This document shows positions 23,026-40,895 of a DNA stretch of 64,000 nucleotides, in pieces (position 1 is the first letter of the stretch; the number at the start of each line of letters is the position of its first letter). The notes beneath the pieces are model-generated. The model saw only the letters and a program-made list of their open reading frames with translations. It made no database searches and was not told the DNA's origin. The stretch is from contig JBBAWM010000001.1 of assembly GCA_040397175.1 (NCBI GenBank), forward strand, positions 377,976 through 441,975, read 5' to 3'. The DNA comes from Candidatus Limnocylindrus sp. GTDB lineage: Bacteria > Chloroflexota > Limnocylindria > Limnocylindrales > Limnocylindraceae. Both the position numbers and the translations under genes were made by a program.

Positions 23026-24651
23026 ATGCGGTACTACCTAACAACGGCCATTGCGTATGCCAATAACAAGCCCGGCCTGCACACGCTCTATGAGGTAATC
23101 GGCGCGGATGCCATTGCCCGTTGGCGCCGCATGCGGGGTGACGAGGTGCGCTTCCTGACCGGCACCGACGAGTATTCGGTCAACATCGCCGCCCGCGCCT
23201 CAGAGGAGGGGATGAGCCCAAAAGCGTTCGTGGATGCGAAGGTCGCCCTCTTCCAGGCGAGCGAGGCGAAGCTGCTGATTAGTCCCGACCGATTCATTCG
23301 CACCACCGATGCCGACCACACCCTCGCCGCTCAGGAGATGGTTCGACGTTCGTTTGCTGCGGGGGACATCTACGTCGGCAGCTACGAAGGCTGGTACTGC
23401 CCTAATGAAGGGTTCCGCAACGCCGACGACGTGGTGAAAGAGGGCGACAAGACGGTCTGCCCGAACCATCCAGGGATCCCGCTGCAGTGGCTCACCGAGC
23501 GCAACTGGTTCTTCAAGCTGAGCGCCTACCAGGAGCGCCTTGAGGCCTGGCTGACGCAGGATCCATCGCCGGTGCAGCCCGAATACCGCCGAAACGAGAT
23601 GCTCGGCTTTGTACGCCAGGGGCTGGAGGATTTCTCCATAAGCCGAGAAGGGGCAACGTGGGGCATTCCGTTCCCGATCCGCGAAGACGGCAGCAGTGCC
23701 CTGACCGCAACAGGCGAGGGCGATCCAAAGGCCGGCACTATCTACGTCTGGTACGACGCGCTGATCAACTACCTCACCGGTGCTGGCTTCCCGGCGGATG
23801 CTGCCGGCGCACCATGGTGGCCCGCCGATCTGCACATCATCGGCAAGGACATCAATCGTTTCCACTCCGTCTTCTGGCCCGCAATGTTGTGGAGCGCTGG
23901 GCTTGAGGCACCGAAGAAGATCTGGGTGCACGGCTGGCTCCTCTCCAGCGGTGAGCGAATGAGCAAGAGCCGCGGCAACTTCCTTGATCCAGATGATGCA
24001 GTTGCTGCACTTGGCGCCGACGGGACACGCTTTGTGGCACTGCGCGAGGTGCCCTTTGATCGTGATGGTGATGTGAGCTGGGACTCCATCATTCGCCGCT
24101 ACAACTCTGAGCTTGCCAATGACTTTGGCAACTTGGTGAACCGAGCGACCACGTTGGCGAGCCGCGCCTTCACTGATGCGCCCCTTCCCCGACCTGCCGC
24201 TGCATCCCTCCTCGGCGCCGCATGGGAAGAGACACGTCGCGAGGCGATCGCAGCGCTCGAGCGCAACGCGCTGCATGAGTGGCTCGGTGCGCTTTGGGGG
24301 TTCGTCGGTGCGGCAAACAAGTTTGTCGATACCGAAAAGCCGTGGGAGCTCGCGAAGGCGGCGAAGCTTGGCGATGCCGCTGCGGAGGAGAAGCTGCGTG
24401 GCGTACTTGGCGACCTTCTTGAGTCGTGCCGACTGATTTCGCTCTATGCAGCGCCAGCGATGCCAACCATCACCGCAAAGATTTGGACGCTGCTCGGCCG
24501 TAGCTGGCCGTATGACGCGAGCGGGCACAACGGCCCGGCGCTCGACGAGATCGGCGCATGGGGGGCACTCGGTGCAGGCGGCGCACTTGGTGCACCAGAG
24601 CCACTCTTCCCGCGACTAGAGGCGGATGCGCTCGATGCCACTGCTGACTGA
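23026..24651 (+). CDS. metG: Methionyl-tRNA synthetase (short form)
   Basis: YYLTTAIAYAN, FLTGTDE, FIRTT, YEGWYC, YVWYDAL, GKDINRFH, RMSKS, LANDFGNL; HIGH position reads GLHT. Confidence 0.95.
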   Translation: MRYYLTTAIAYANNKPGLHTLYEVIGADAIARWRRMRGDEVRFLTGTDEYSVNIAARASEEGMSPKAFVDAKVALFQASEAKLLISPDRFIRTTDADHTLAAQEMVRRSFAAGDIYVGSYEGWYCPNEGFRNADDVVKEGDKTVCPNHPGIPLQWLTERNWFFKLSAYQERLEAWLTQDPSPVQPEYRRNEMLGFVRQGLEDFSISREGATWGIPFPIREDGSSALTATGEGDPKAGTIYVWYDALINYLTGAGFPADAAGAPWWPADLHIIGKDINRFHSVFWPAMLWSAGLEAPKKIWVHGWLLSSGERMSKSRGNFLDPDDAVAALGADGTRFVALREVPFDRDGDVSWDSIIRRYNSELANDFGNLVNRATTLASRAFTDAPLPRPAAASLLGAAWEETRREAIAALERNALHEWLGALWGFVGAANKFVDTEKPWELAKAAKLGDAAAEEKLRGVLGDLLESCRLISLYAAPAMPTITAKIWTLLGRSWPYDASGHNGPALDEIGAWGALGAGGALGAPEPLFPRLEADALDATAD

Positions 24652-25489
24652 CGCACACGGGCACCTGCAGGCTGATCGATTCAACGACGACTACAAGCAG
24701 GTCGCGCAGCGCGCACGTGATGCGGGGATGGTCCGACTCTTGATTCCGTCGTACGGCATCAAAAGTTCTGAAGGAGCCTTTCGCATCGCGCCCGATCTCC
24801 CGTGGGCCGACCTTGCGATTGGCATTCATCCATATACCGCCGTCAGCGACGCGCCGGGTCGCGATGCGCTGCTGCAGCGGGCGACCGATCCTCGCGTGGC
24901 CGCGATTGGCGAAACAGGCCTCGACACTAAGCGTGATTTCGCGCCATTTGCGGCGCAGATCGAAAATCTAGAGGCACATATCGACGTTGCCACGACACTC
25001 GGGAAGCCGCTGATCCTGCACTGCCGATCGCTCGGTGATGGCGATGAGGCGCAGCGTCAGCTCATAGCGACGATCAAGAGCTCAAAGATCGGCGCACCGG
25101 GTGGTGCCAAGGCGTTCGGAGGTCGAATTCCGTTCGTCTTGCACAGCGCTTCGGGGAGCGCGGCCTATGTAGAGGAGGCACTCGCGCTCGGTGGGGCCGT
25201 CTCCATCTCTGGGTTGGCATTCCGCCCAGAAGAGTCGGCAACGGGGGAGTGGGTTCGGCTGATTCCGTCGGATCGCCTGCTGACGGAGACCGACGCGCCA
25301 TGGCTCACCATGCCTGGGGCGCCAGACCCGCGCCGTAACGAGCCGGCGAATGTTGCCCTCACCCTCGCGTGGATCGCGGAGCGTCGCGGTGAAGCGGCTG
25401 AGCCGTTGTCGAGCACAATTGCCGAGAACTTTGACCGCATCTTTCCACGCGGCGAAGGCCTACCGCCACGCTTGGAGTTGGCACTCTAG
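24635..25489 (+). CDS. tatD: TatD-family hydrolase
   Basis: DAHGH, GIHP, AIGETGLD, LHCR, LTETDAP, NEP; follows metG. Confidence 0.92.
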   Translation: MPLLTDAHGHLQADRFNDDYKQVAQRARDAGMVRLLIPSYGIKSSEGAFRIAPDLPWADLAIGIHPYTAVSDAPGRDALLQRATDPRVAAIGETGLDTKRDFAPFAAQIENLEAHIDVATTLGKPLILHCRSLGDGDEAQRQLIATIKSSKIGAPGGAKAFGGRIPFVLHSASGSAAYVEEALALGGAVSISGLAFRPEESATGEWVRLIPSDRLLTETDAPWLTMPGAPDPRRNEPANVALTLAWIAERRGEAAEPLSSTIAENFDRIFPRGEGLPPRLELAL

Positions 25490-25504
25490 CCCTTAGAGTG
25501 CTAA
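25478..25504 (+). promoter_or_regulatory. CIRCE operator (HrcA site) overlapping the groESL promoter
   Basis: TTGGCACTC-N9-GAGTGCTAA, one mismatch to TTAGCACTC-N9-GAGTGCTAA; TTGGCA (-35) and TAACAT (-10, 25502-25507) 18 bp apart. Confidence 0.93.
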
Positions 25505-25579
25505 CATCTCCGCACGTGCCTCGTTCGCGTAGGCACAAGGTGCAGGGGCGGCGAACCCGCCCACAAGGAGGTTCTACCA

Positions 25580-25879
25580 ATGGCCAAGAAGGCAGCACTC
25601 CGACCCCTCGGCGACCGCGTGGTCGTCAAGCCAGTCCCGCGCGATGAGAAGACCGCCAGCGGCATCATCCTGCCCGACACGGCGCAGGAGAAGCCACAGG
25701 AGGGCGAGGTCGTTGCTGTTGGGCCAGGCCGCATCCTCGATGATGGGAAGCGCGAGCCGATTGACGTGAAGGTGGGCGATCGCGTCCTGCACGCCAAGTA
25801 CGCCGGCACCGAGTTCAAGATCGATGGCGATGAGTTCCTCATCGTCGGCGCCAAGGACATCTTGGCCGTCGTCGACTGA
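25580..25879 (+). CDS. groES: Co-chaperonin GroES
   Basis: [32 protein letters not shown]. Confidence 0.99.
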   Translation: MAKKAALRPLGDRVVVKPVPRDEKTASGIILPDTAQEKPQEGEVVAVGPGRILDDGKREPIDVKVGDRVLHAKYAGTEFKIDGDEFLIVGAKDILAVVD

Positions 25880-25913
25880 CCAACGACCTACCGAAGTAAT
25901 CCAACCCAAGTAG

Positions 25914-29767
<3,854 letters not shown>

Positions 29768-29780
29768 CCCTGCTCTGTCG

Positions 29781-29822
29781 CCGCCGCCTGGTCGGTGTAA
29801 CCGGCCAGGGTGGGGGCGGCGG
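29781..29822 (+). terminator. GC-rich hairpin after katG, probable terminator
   Basis: CCTGGTCGGT-GTA-ACCGGCCAGG with outer CCGCCGCC/GGCGGCGG; no U-tract. Confidence 0.5.
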
Positions 29823-29834
29823 TAGAATATGGGG

Positions 29835-34576
<4,742 letters not shown>

Positions 34577-34585
34577 GATTCCCGC

Positions 34586-34891
34586 ATGAGTGACCTAACC
34601 CGTGCCGAAGTAGAACGCGTCGCCGCACTGGCACGCCTCGGCCTCACCAGCGATGAGTTGGGGAAGCTTCAGGGTGATCTGAACCTCATCCTTGAGCAGT
34701 GGGCGCACCTCGCCGACGTTGACACCTCGAGCGTGCCGCCAAGCGCACAGACGATCGTCCAGGCGATGCCGCTGCGTGACGACGTCGCTGAGCCCTCTCT
34801 CCCCGTTGACGATGCCCTCCAGAACGCACCAGCGCGGAGCGGCGACTTTGTGCGCGTGCAGGCGATTCTCTCCGAGGAGGCCGACGGATGA
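34586..34891 (+). CDS. gatC: Asp/Glu-tRNA amidotransferase subunit C
   Basis: VERVAALARL, LRDD, ALQNAP; precedes gatA. Confidence 0.93.
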   Translation: MSDLTRAEVERVAALARLGLTSDELGKLQGDLNLILEQWAHLADVDTSSVPPSAQTIVQAMPLRDDVAEPSLPVDDALQNAPARSGDFVRVQAILSEEADG

Positions 34892-36435
34892 GCGGGGAGG
34901 GCCTCCGCCGCGCAACCGCAACAGAGCTTCGTGCCGGATTCCAATCGGGTGCCGCAACCTCGCGCGCCGTCACCGACGAACTCTTTGCCGCCATTGAACG
35001 AGAGGATGGCGTCCTTGGCGCATGGCTCCATCTTCGGCACGAAGAGGCGCGCGCGGAGGCCGATCGCGCTGATGCGCGCTACGCAGCCGCACGTGCCGCT
35101 GGTGCCGCGGCGCTCAACGAACTCCCGGCACTCCTTGGCGTCCCCGTTGCACTGAAAGATCTCGTCAACCTCACCGGAACGCCCACCACTGCGGGCTCGC
35201 GAATCCTGGAGGGGTACATCAGCCCCTACGACGCAACCATCGCTGCGCGGCTGAAGGAGGCGGGTGCAGTGATTCTTGGCAAGACCAACATGGACGAGTT
35301 TGCGATGGGATCATCGACCGAGTTCTCGGCATACAAGAAGACGGTGAATCCGTGGGACATTGATCGCGTGCCGGGCGGATCCTCGGGCGGCTCATCCGCC
35401 GCTGTGGCCGCGTTCCATGCCCCGCTCTCGATTGGCACCGACACCGGAGGATCCATTCGTCAGCCGGCGAGCCTCACCGGCATCGTCGGCATGAAGCCGA
35501 CCTACGGTCGCGTCTCGCGTTACGGGATTGTCGCCTTTGCATCATCACTGGACCAGGTCGGCCCGTTTGCTCGGACGGCGCAAGATGCAGGGCTCCTGCT
35601 GCACACGATTGCGGGCGCCGATACCCATGACGCCACGAGTTCGCGTATTCCACTCGACGCTGCCCTGTTAAACCTTCCCAGCGGTGATGCCGCCGCATCG
35701 GCGATTCGCGGCAAGCGATTTGCCCTGCCGAAGGAGTACTTCGTTGCTGGCATGGAGGCTGGCGTTGAGCGCGCCGTGCGCGACGCAGTCGCCGCACTCG
35801 AGGCTGCTGGCGGTATCGTCGACGAGGTTAGCCTGCCCACCACAGAGCATGCGCTCGCTACCTACTACATTGTTGCGCCAGCAGAGGCTTCAGCAAACCT
35901 TGCCCGCTACGACGGGATTCGCTACGGCGCATCGAAGCACGGCGGTGGAGATTTGCTGAACGGCTACCTCGAGACGCGCGGCCGTGGGTTTGGGCCAGAG
36001 GTGCGACGCCGCATCATGTTGGGCACCTACGCACTCTCTGCCGGCTACTACGACGCCTATTACGTCAAGGCGCAGAAGGTGCGCACCTTGATCGCGCGCG
36101 ACTTTGATCGTATTTGGGCTGCGGGCTTTGACGCCATCGTGGCGCCGACGAGCCCGCAGGTTGCCTGGAAGTTCGGCGCCAAGATGAGCGATCCCGTCTC
36201 CATGTATCTCGCAGATGCGTGCACCTTGCCGGCAAACATGGCCGGTCTTCCAGGGGTGAGCATCCCGTGTGGCCTCTCTGAGAACCTACCAGTGGGCCTG
36301 CAGCTGATCGGCAAGCCATGGTCGGAAGCCGAACTGCTCAGCATCTCGGCCGGGTACGAGGCGCTCACCGCAACTGCCGCATGGCGCACAGTGGCGCCGC
36401 ACAACCTGGCGAAGCTCGGTGGAGGTGCAGCATGA
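34888..36435 (+). CDS. gatA: Asp/Glu-tRNA amidotransferase subunit A
   Basis: ALKD, KTNMDEFAMGSS, PGGSSGGS, DTGGSIRQPA, RRRIMLGT. Confidence 0.97.
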   Translation: MSGEGLRRATATELRAGFQSGAATSRAVTDELFAAIEREDGVLGAWLHLRHEEARAEADRADARYAAARAAGAAALNELPALLGVPVALKDLVNLTGTPTTAGSRILEGYISPYDATIAARLKEAGAVILGKTNMDEFAMGSSTEFSAYKKTVNPWDIDRVPGGSSGGSSAAVAAFHAPLSIGTDTGGSIRQPASLTGIVGMKPTYGRVSRYGIVAFASSLDQVGPFARTAQDAGLLLHTIAGADTHDATSSRIPLDAALLNLPSGDAAASAIRGKRFALPKEYFVAGMEAGVERAVRDAVAALEAAGGIVDEVSLPTTEHALATYYIVAPAEASANLARYDGIRYGASKHGGGDLLNGYLETRGRGFGPEVRRRIMLGTYALSAGYYDAYYVKAQKVRTLIARDFDRIWAAGFDAIVAPTSPQVAWKFGAKMSDPVSMYLADACTLPANMAGLPGVSIPCGLSENLPVGLQLIGKPWSEAELLSISAGYEALTATAAWRTVAPHNLAKLGGGAA

Positions 36436-37616
36436 GCGATTTTGCGAAGCGCGCACTTGCTGATCGTGTTCACGCGGTGCCGCCCTCTGGTATCCGACGC
36501 TTCTTCGATATCGCCGCAACGATGACGGACGTGATAAGCCTAGGCGTTGGAGAGCCCGACTTCGACACCCCAGCACACATCATCGAGGCGGCGGTGACGA
36601 GCCTGCGCGCTGGACGCACCCACTACACCTCGAACTACGGCACCATCGAACTGCGCCGCGCCATCGCCGCGAAGATCCAGGAGCGCTCCGGAGTGAGCTA
36701 CGACCCAGAGTGCGAGATCATCGTGACCATCGGTGCCTCTGAGGCGGTCGACCTTGCCGTTCGCGGCATCATTGGTGCGGGTGATCGCATCGTGCTGCCA
36801 GAGCCGTCGTACGTCGCCTACCTACCCGCCGTGGTCTTTGCGGGTGGTACCGCCGTGCCAGTGGCAACGAGCGCCACGGATAACTGGCGCCTCCACGCTG
36901 ACGCGGTAGAGGCAGCCGCCGTGGGCGCAAAGGCGCTCTTCCTGGGCTACCCGTCGAACCCAACGGGGGCCACCCTCGACGAACCGACCCGCGAGGCGCT
37001 CGCCAAGATCGCTGTGGCACGCGACCTGGTGGTGATTAGCGATGAGATCTATGACCGACTCGTCTACGAGGGTCCGGCGCACCGCGCGATGTCGGCCTAC
37101 CCAGGGATGCGCGAACGGACGATCTTGATCGGCGGCTTCTCGAAGTCCTACGCCATGACGGGGTGGCGCGTCGGCTTCCTCTGCGCGCCGAAGGAGATCG
37201 TGGCAGGGCTCGTCAAGATTCACCAGTACGCGATCATGAGCGCCCCAACGATTGCGCAGGATGCAGCGCTCGAGGCGCTAACCAACGGCGAGCCAGCACT
37301 CGAAGAGATGCGCGTCGCCTACGCGCGACGTCGCACGATCGTCCTCGATTGTCTCGCCGCCCTCAACCTGCCAACAGGCGCGCCACAGGGCGCCTTCTAC
37401 GCCTTCCCTGACATTCGCTCAACGGGGCTCACTGACGAGCAGTTCGCCGAGCGACTTCTTACCGAGGAGCGCGTCGCGGTGATTCCAGGCTCCTCGTTCG
37501 GCGCCAGTGGCGTTGGCCATGTGCGCATCTGCTACGCCACCTCGGAAGAGAATCTCCACGAGGCGCTGGTGCGCATCTCACGCTTCGTCGCCAAGGCACG
37601 CGGGGTGGCGGCATGA
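36432..37616 (+). CDS. PLP-dependent class I/II aminotransferase
   Basis: GEPDFDTP, PSNPTG, SDEIY, GFSKSYAMTGWRVG, GAFY; SD GGAGG; ATGA overlaps on both sides. Confidence 0.93.
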   Translation: MSDFAKRALADRVHAVPPSGIRRFFDIAATMTDVISLGVGEPDFDTPAHIIEAAVTSLRAGRTHYTSNYGTIELRRAIAAKIQERSGVSYDPECEIIVTIGASEAVDLAVRGIIGAGDRIVLPEPSYVAYLPAVVFAGGTAVPVATSATDNWRLHADAVEAAAVGAKALFLGYPSNPTGATLDEPTREALAKIAVARDLVVISDEIYDRLVYEGPAHRAMSAYPGMRERTILIGGFSKSYAMTGWRVGFLCAPKEIVAGLVKIHQYAIMSAPTIAQDAALEALTNGEPALEEMRVAYARRRTIVLDCLAALNLPTGAPQGAFYAFPDIRSTGLTDEQFAERLLTEERVAVIPGSSFGASGVGHVRICYATSEENLHEALVRISRFVAKARGVAA

Positions 37617-39046
37617 CCTGGCATGCGGTGATCGGCATCGAGGTGCACGTGCAGCTGCGCACCGTGACGAAGATGTTCTGCGCCTGCGCAATTCCCGCCG
37701 AAGGGGATCTGCCGAACAGCAAGACCTGCCCAACCTGTCTTGGCCTTCCTGGCGCACTCCCGGTGCCAAATAAGGCGGCCATCGAGAAGGTTCTCAGCGT
37801 CGGTGCTGCGATCGGTGCCGCCGCGCCGGCTACCACGATCTGGGATCGCAAGAACTACTTCTACCCAGACCTGCCAAAGGGGTATCAGATCAGCCAGCTC
37901 GATTTCCCGCTCGCCGAGCATGGAACCATTGAGGTCACGACGAGCGCCGGCACGAGCCGCGTGCGCATTTGCCGTGCCCACCTCGAAGAGGATACGGCGC
38001 GCCTCCGCCACGAGAAGGGGAGCGACGGGAAGCGCTCAAGCCTCATCGACTACAACCGTTCAGGCGTCGCGCTCCTCGAGATCGTGACGGAGCCCGACAT
38101 TCGCGATGCGGAGACGGCCCGCCGCTACGCCGAAGAGTTGCGCCTCCTGCTGCGCACGATCGGCGCCGCCGATGCCGAGATGGAGAACGGGCAGATGCGC
38201 GTTGAGGCGAACGTGTCGATTCGCCCAAGTGAGGATGCCCCATTCGGTACGCGCACCGAGGTGAAGAACATGAACTCCTTCCGCTCGGTGGAGAAGGCGA
38301 TCGCCTTCGAGATCGCTCGGCAGGCTCAGATCCTCGAGGCGGGAGGGTCGATCACCCAAGAGACACGCGGTTGGGACGAATCCAGCGAAACCACCTACAC
38401 GATGCGCGCCAAGGAGAACTCGCACGACTATCGCTACTTCCCTGAGCCCGATCTGCCGCCGCTCACCATCGATCCGAGCTGGTTCGCAGGCATCGTCGCA
38501 AACATCCCCGAGATCCCTTCTGCCCGAAGAGCGCGCTACGTCGAACAGCTTGCACTCTCTGACTACGATGCCGCCGTCCTTGTTGGGGAGCCACGCGCCG
38601 CCGCGCTCTTCGAAGCGTCACGTGCTGCAGATGCAACGATCGATGCGAAGACCCTCGCGAACTGGGTCACGGGCGAATATCTCCGAGCAGCGAACGAGGG
38701 GGCTGCAGAGCCCGATCCGGTCCAGTTCGCCGCGTTGATCGGGGCGGTCTCGCGCAAGGAGATCAATGGCACGACAGGGAAAGAGCTCTTCGCCGAACTT
38801 CTTCGGGGCAGCTTTGATGTGCGCGCGGCGATCGCTGAGCGCGGCCTCGGGCAGATTAGCGACGATGGGGCGCTCAGGAAACTCGCCGCCGAGGTACTCG
38901 CGGCGAATCCGCAGGCGCTCGCCGACTGGAAGGCGGGGAAGCAGCAGGCGATCGGATTCTTGGTTGGCCAAGCGATGAAGGCAAGTAAAGGTCGAGGCGA
39001 TGCAGCCCAGCTCGGAGCCGTCTTTAAGACCCTTCTGGACGCCTAG
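37613..39046 (+). CDS. gatB: Asp/Glu-tRNA amidotransferase subunit B
   Basis: IGIEVHVQL, RKNYFYPDLPKGYQISQ, HLEED, EVKNMNSF, DYRYFPEPDLPP. Confidence 0.98.
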   Translation: MTWHAVIGIEVHVQLRTVTKMFCACAIPAEGDLPNSKTCPTCLGLPGALPVPNKAAIEKVLSVGAAIGAAAPATTIWDRKNYFYPDLPKGYQISQLDFPLAEHGTIEVTTSAGTSRVRICRAHLEEDTARLRHEKGSDGKRSSLIDYNRSGVALLEIVTEPDIRDAETARRYAEELRLLLRTIGAADAEMENGQMRVEANVSIRPSEDAPFGTRTEVKNMNSFRSVEKAIAFEIARQAQILEAGGSITQETRGWDESSETTYTMRAKENSHDYRYFPEPDLPPLTIDPSWFAGIVANIPEIPSARRARYVEQLALSDYDAAVLVGEPRAAALFEASRAADATIDAKTLANWVTGEYLRAANEGAAEPDPVQFAALIGAVSRKEINGTTGKELFAELLRGSFDVRAAIAERGLGQISDDGALRKLAAEVLAANPQALADWKAGKQQAIGFLVGQAMKASKGRGDAAQLGAVFKTLLDA

Positions 39047-39319
39047 GTGCTCGATCTGGTTCGTCTCTTCGCAGGTGCGCTCGGCCTTGCCGGGTTTGGC
39101 TACCTCGCACTTCGTCTCCCCCCGCTGCTTCGAGCGCGAACGGAGTGGGCGAATCGCGTTGGCGCTGCAACACGCTATGAGGCGTGGCGTGGAACCCCGG
39201 GGAGTGGCCCCGACCTTGCGGATCGTCTTGAGGGCGAACTCATCGCGAATCGACTCCGCAGACTGATCGGCGTTGGAGTGGCGTCGATCGCAGGAGTCTT
39301 GCTGGCCCTGCTGACCTAG
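39047..39319 (+). CDS. Small two-TM hypothetical membrane protein
   Basis: Begins right after the gatB stop; hydrophobic N- and C-terminal helices; fills the gap to the convergent kinase gene. Confidence 0.65.
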   Translation: MLDLVRLFAGALGLAGFGYLALRLPPLLRARTEWANRVGAATRYEAWRGTPGSGPDLADRLEGELIANRLRRLIGVGVASIAGVLLALLT

Positions 39320-40152
39320 TCCCCGTACGCGACGTCGGGGAGAGGGAGGTTCCATGCGGTGGCGCTGGCTCCTGCCGCCTGGCCGGCGGCCACGGACTCA
39401 CCCAGCGTTGAACCAGCCTGGTACGCCATCAAGAATGCGGCGATAAAGGCGTCCCCGCATCCAATGGTGCTCCCCGCAACTGGAACGGCAACCGTGGGGT
39501 AAAACGTCTCCGAGCCGCTCACGCCGTCTACGACTAGGACCCCCTGCGACCCAAGTGTGATCACCGCGATCTTCCGCGCGTCGAGAACGGACTCACGCAC
39601 CTCCGCAAGTGACGCGTCCTCTCGTAATCCGGGCCAGCCGATAAAGGCGAGATCCAGGTGCGCGAGTGTGTCGCGGAATCGCTCCGGCGTGTAATGGCGA
39701 AATCCAAGGAAATCCGCGCTAACCGTGAGATGTGCAAGGTGCCCTGACGCCGAGAGTCGCCCGAGCTCGGCGATCGCTCCTTCGACGAGGACGGTATGCC
39801 AATGCGTTGCACTCGTGAGGGCTGCCAGCTCTTCCGCGGTGGAGTGCACGACCTCCCACACGCCTTCGACGTAGTTGTCCATCTGCGGTTGGCGATCGAT
39901 TCCGATACGAATATCAATGGATGAACTCTCCCCTGGGGCGACGAGCGATGCCGGGAGATGCGGAATCCGATTGCGCTCAAGGAAGGGTACGAAGAGGTGC
40001 TGGTCGCTTGAGCCGATCCGCGTTTGAAGGAGAAACTCCTTGCCGGCAGCTGCCCAGTGGTACGCCATGTTCAAGACGCCACCCCCAGGTAGGGTGCGGC
40101 AGCTCTCAAGATATCGATCGCGACTGGCGGTGCCGAAGAGGATGCTGCTCAC
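39316..40152 (-). CDS. PfkB-family kinase, fructoselysine kinase (FrlD)-like
   Basis: PGGGVLNMA, DNYVEGV, VITLGSQG, STIGCGDAF anion hole; GTG 40152 overlaps the upstream stop (GTGA). Confidence 0.85.
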   Translation of the reverse strand: MSSILFGTASRDRYLESCRTLPGGGVLNMAYHWAAAGKEFLLQTRIGSSDQHLFVPFLERNRIPHLPASLVAPGESSSIDIRIGIDRQPQMDNYVEGVWEVVHSTAEELAALTSATHWHTVLVEGAIAELGRLSASGHLAHLTVSADFLGFRHYTPERFRDTLAHLDLAFIGWPGLREDASLAEVRESVLDARKIAVITLGSQGVLVVDGVSGSETFYPTVAVPVAGSTIGCGDAFIAAFLMAYQAGSTLGESVAAGQAAGASATAWNLPLPDVAYGD

Positions 40153-40895
40153 AGCCCCGCAAGTGGCGCGGATCGGGCCTCGCCCGAGGCGAGGAACCGA
40201 TCCAGGCGCACCTCCACAATCTTGCTCGACTGCCAGAACGCCTCGATGGAGAGATGGCCACACCCCTCTTCGTGATACCACTCGCGTCGCCCTGGAGTCG
40301 TCGTGATGAGCGCCGGATCGTGCGCAGGAACTACCGCCGGATTGAGCATGTAGCCAGCGGAGAGGGGATCACGAATCTGCAGCAGCCCATCACCACGGAA
40401 GCCGCTGGATCGTGGTGCGCGCACTCGTTCACCGGTTCCAAAATCGAGAAGGTCGACGGTCTCCTCTGGAGTCGGTGTCACGTTCGGCCATGCTGGATCA
40501 CCCACGAGTTCCGCTATCACGCGGCGCACCGAGATGTCCTGGTAGTGGTTCATGGCGGTGTGCGGCTGTTCGTAGTCGTTGTCGTACACATTCGTGGGGT
40601 TATCGTCATACACGTTGCCGCAGGCCTCAACGAGGAAGTGCACGAGCTCGGGTCGGTCGCGTAGGTAGCGTCGATACGCCTCTTCGTACTCAAGGATTGC
40701 GACAGCGCGGGGCACAATCGTGCCACGCACGACATGGGAGATCCTCCAGCCATCACTACCGAATCGTTCGCTCAGGAGCGCGTTCCAACGCGCCTTCTCG
40801 GCACCAGCGAACCCTGGAAGCCCAACCGGGATCCAGATCGACGTGAGACGACGTACCGTCGCCTCAGAAAGGTCCTCCTGCCACTTCGAACTCAC
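40149..40895 (-). CDS. Hypothetical 248-aa protein, enzyme-like
   Basis: GTGA overlaps at both ends; globular composition with NVYDDNPTNV, NHYQDISVRR, SIEAFWQSSK. Confidence 0.8.
   Translation of the reverse strand: MSSKWQEDLSEATVRRLTSIWIPVGLPGFAGAEKARWNALLSERFGSDGWRISHVVRGTIVPRAVAILEYEEAYRRYLRDRPELVHFLVEACGNVYDDNPTNVYDNDYEQPHTAMNHYQDISVRRVIAELVGDPAWPNVTPTPEETVDLLDFGTGERVRAPRSSGFRGDGLLQIRDPLSAGYMLNPAVVPAHDPALITTTPGRREWYHEEGCGHLSIEAFWQSSKIVEVRLDRFLASGEARSAPLAGL

Noticed and set aside
25510-25575. Two hairpins in the groES leader as a possible RNA thermometer
   Set aside because: The SD (AAGGAGG) lies outside the stems, so occlusion is not evident
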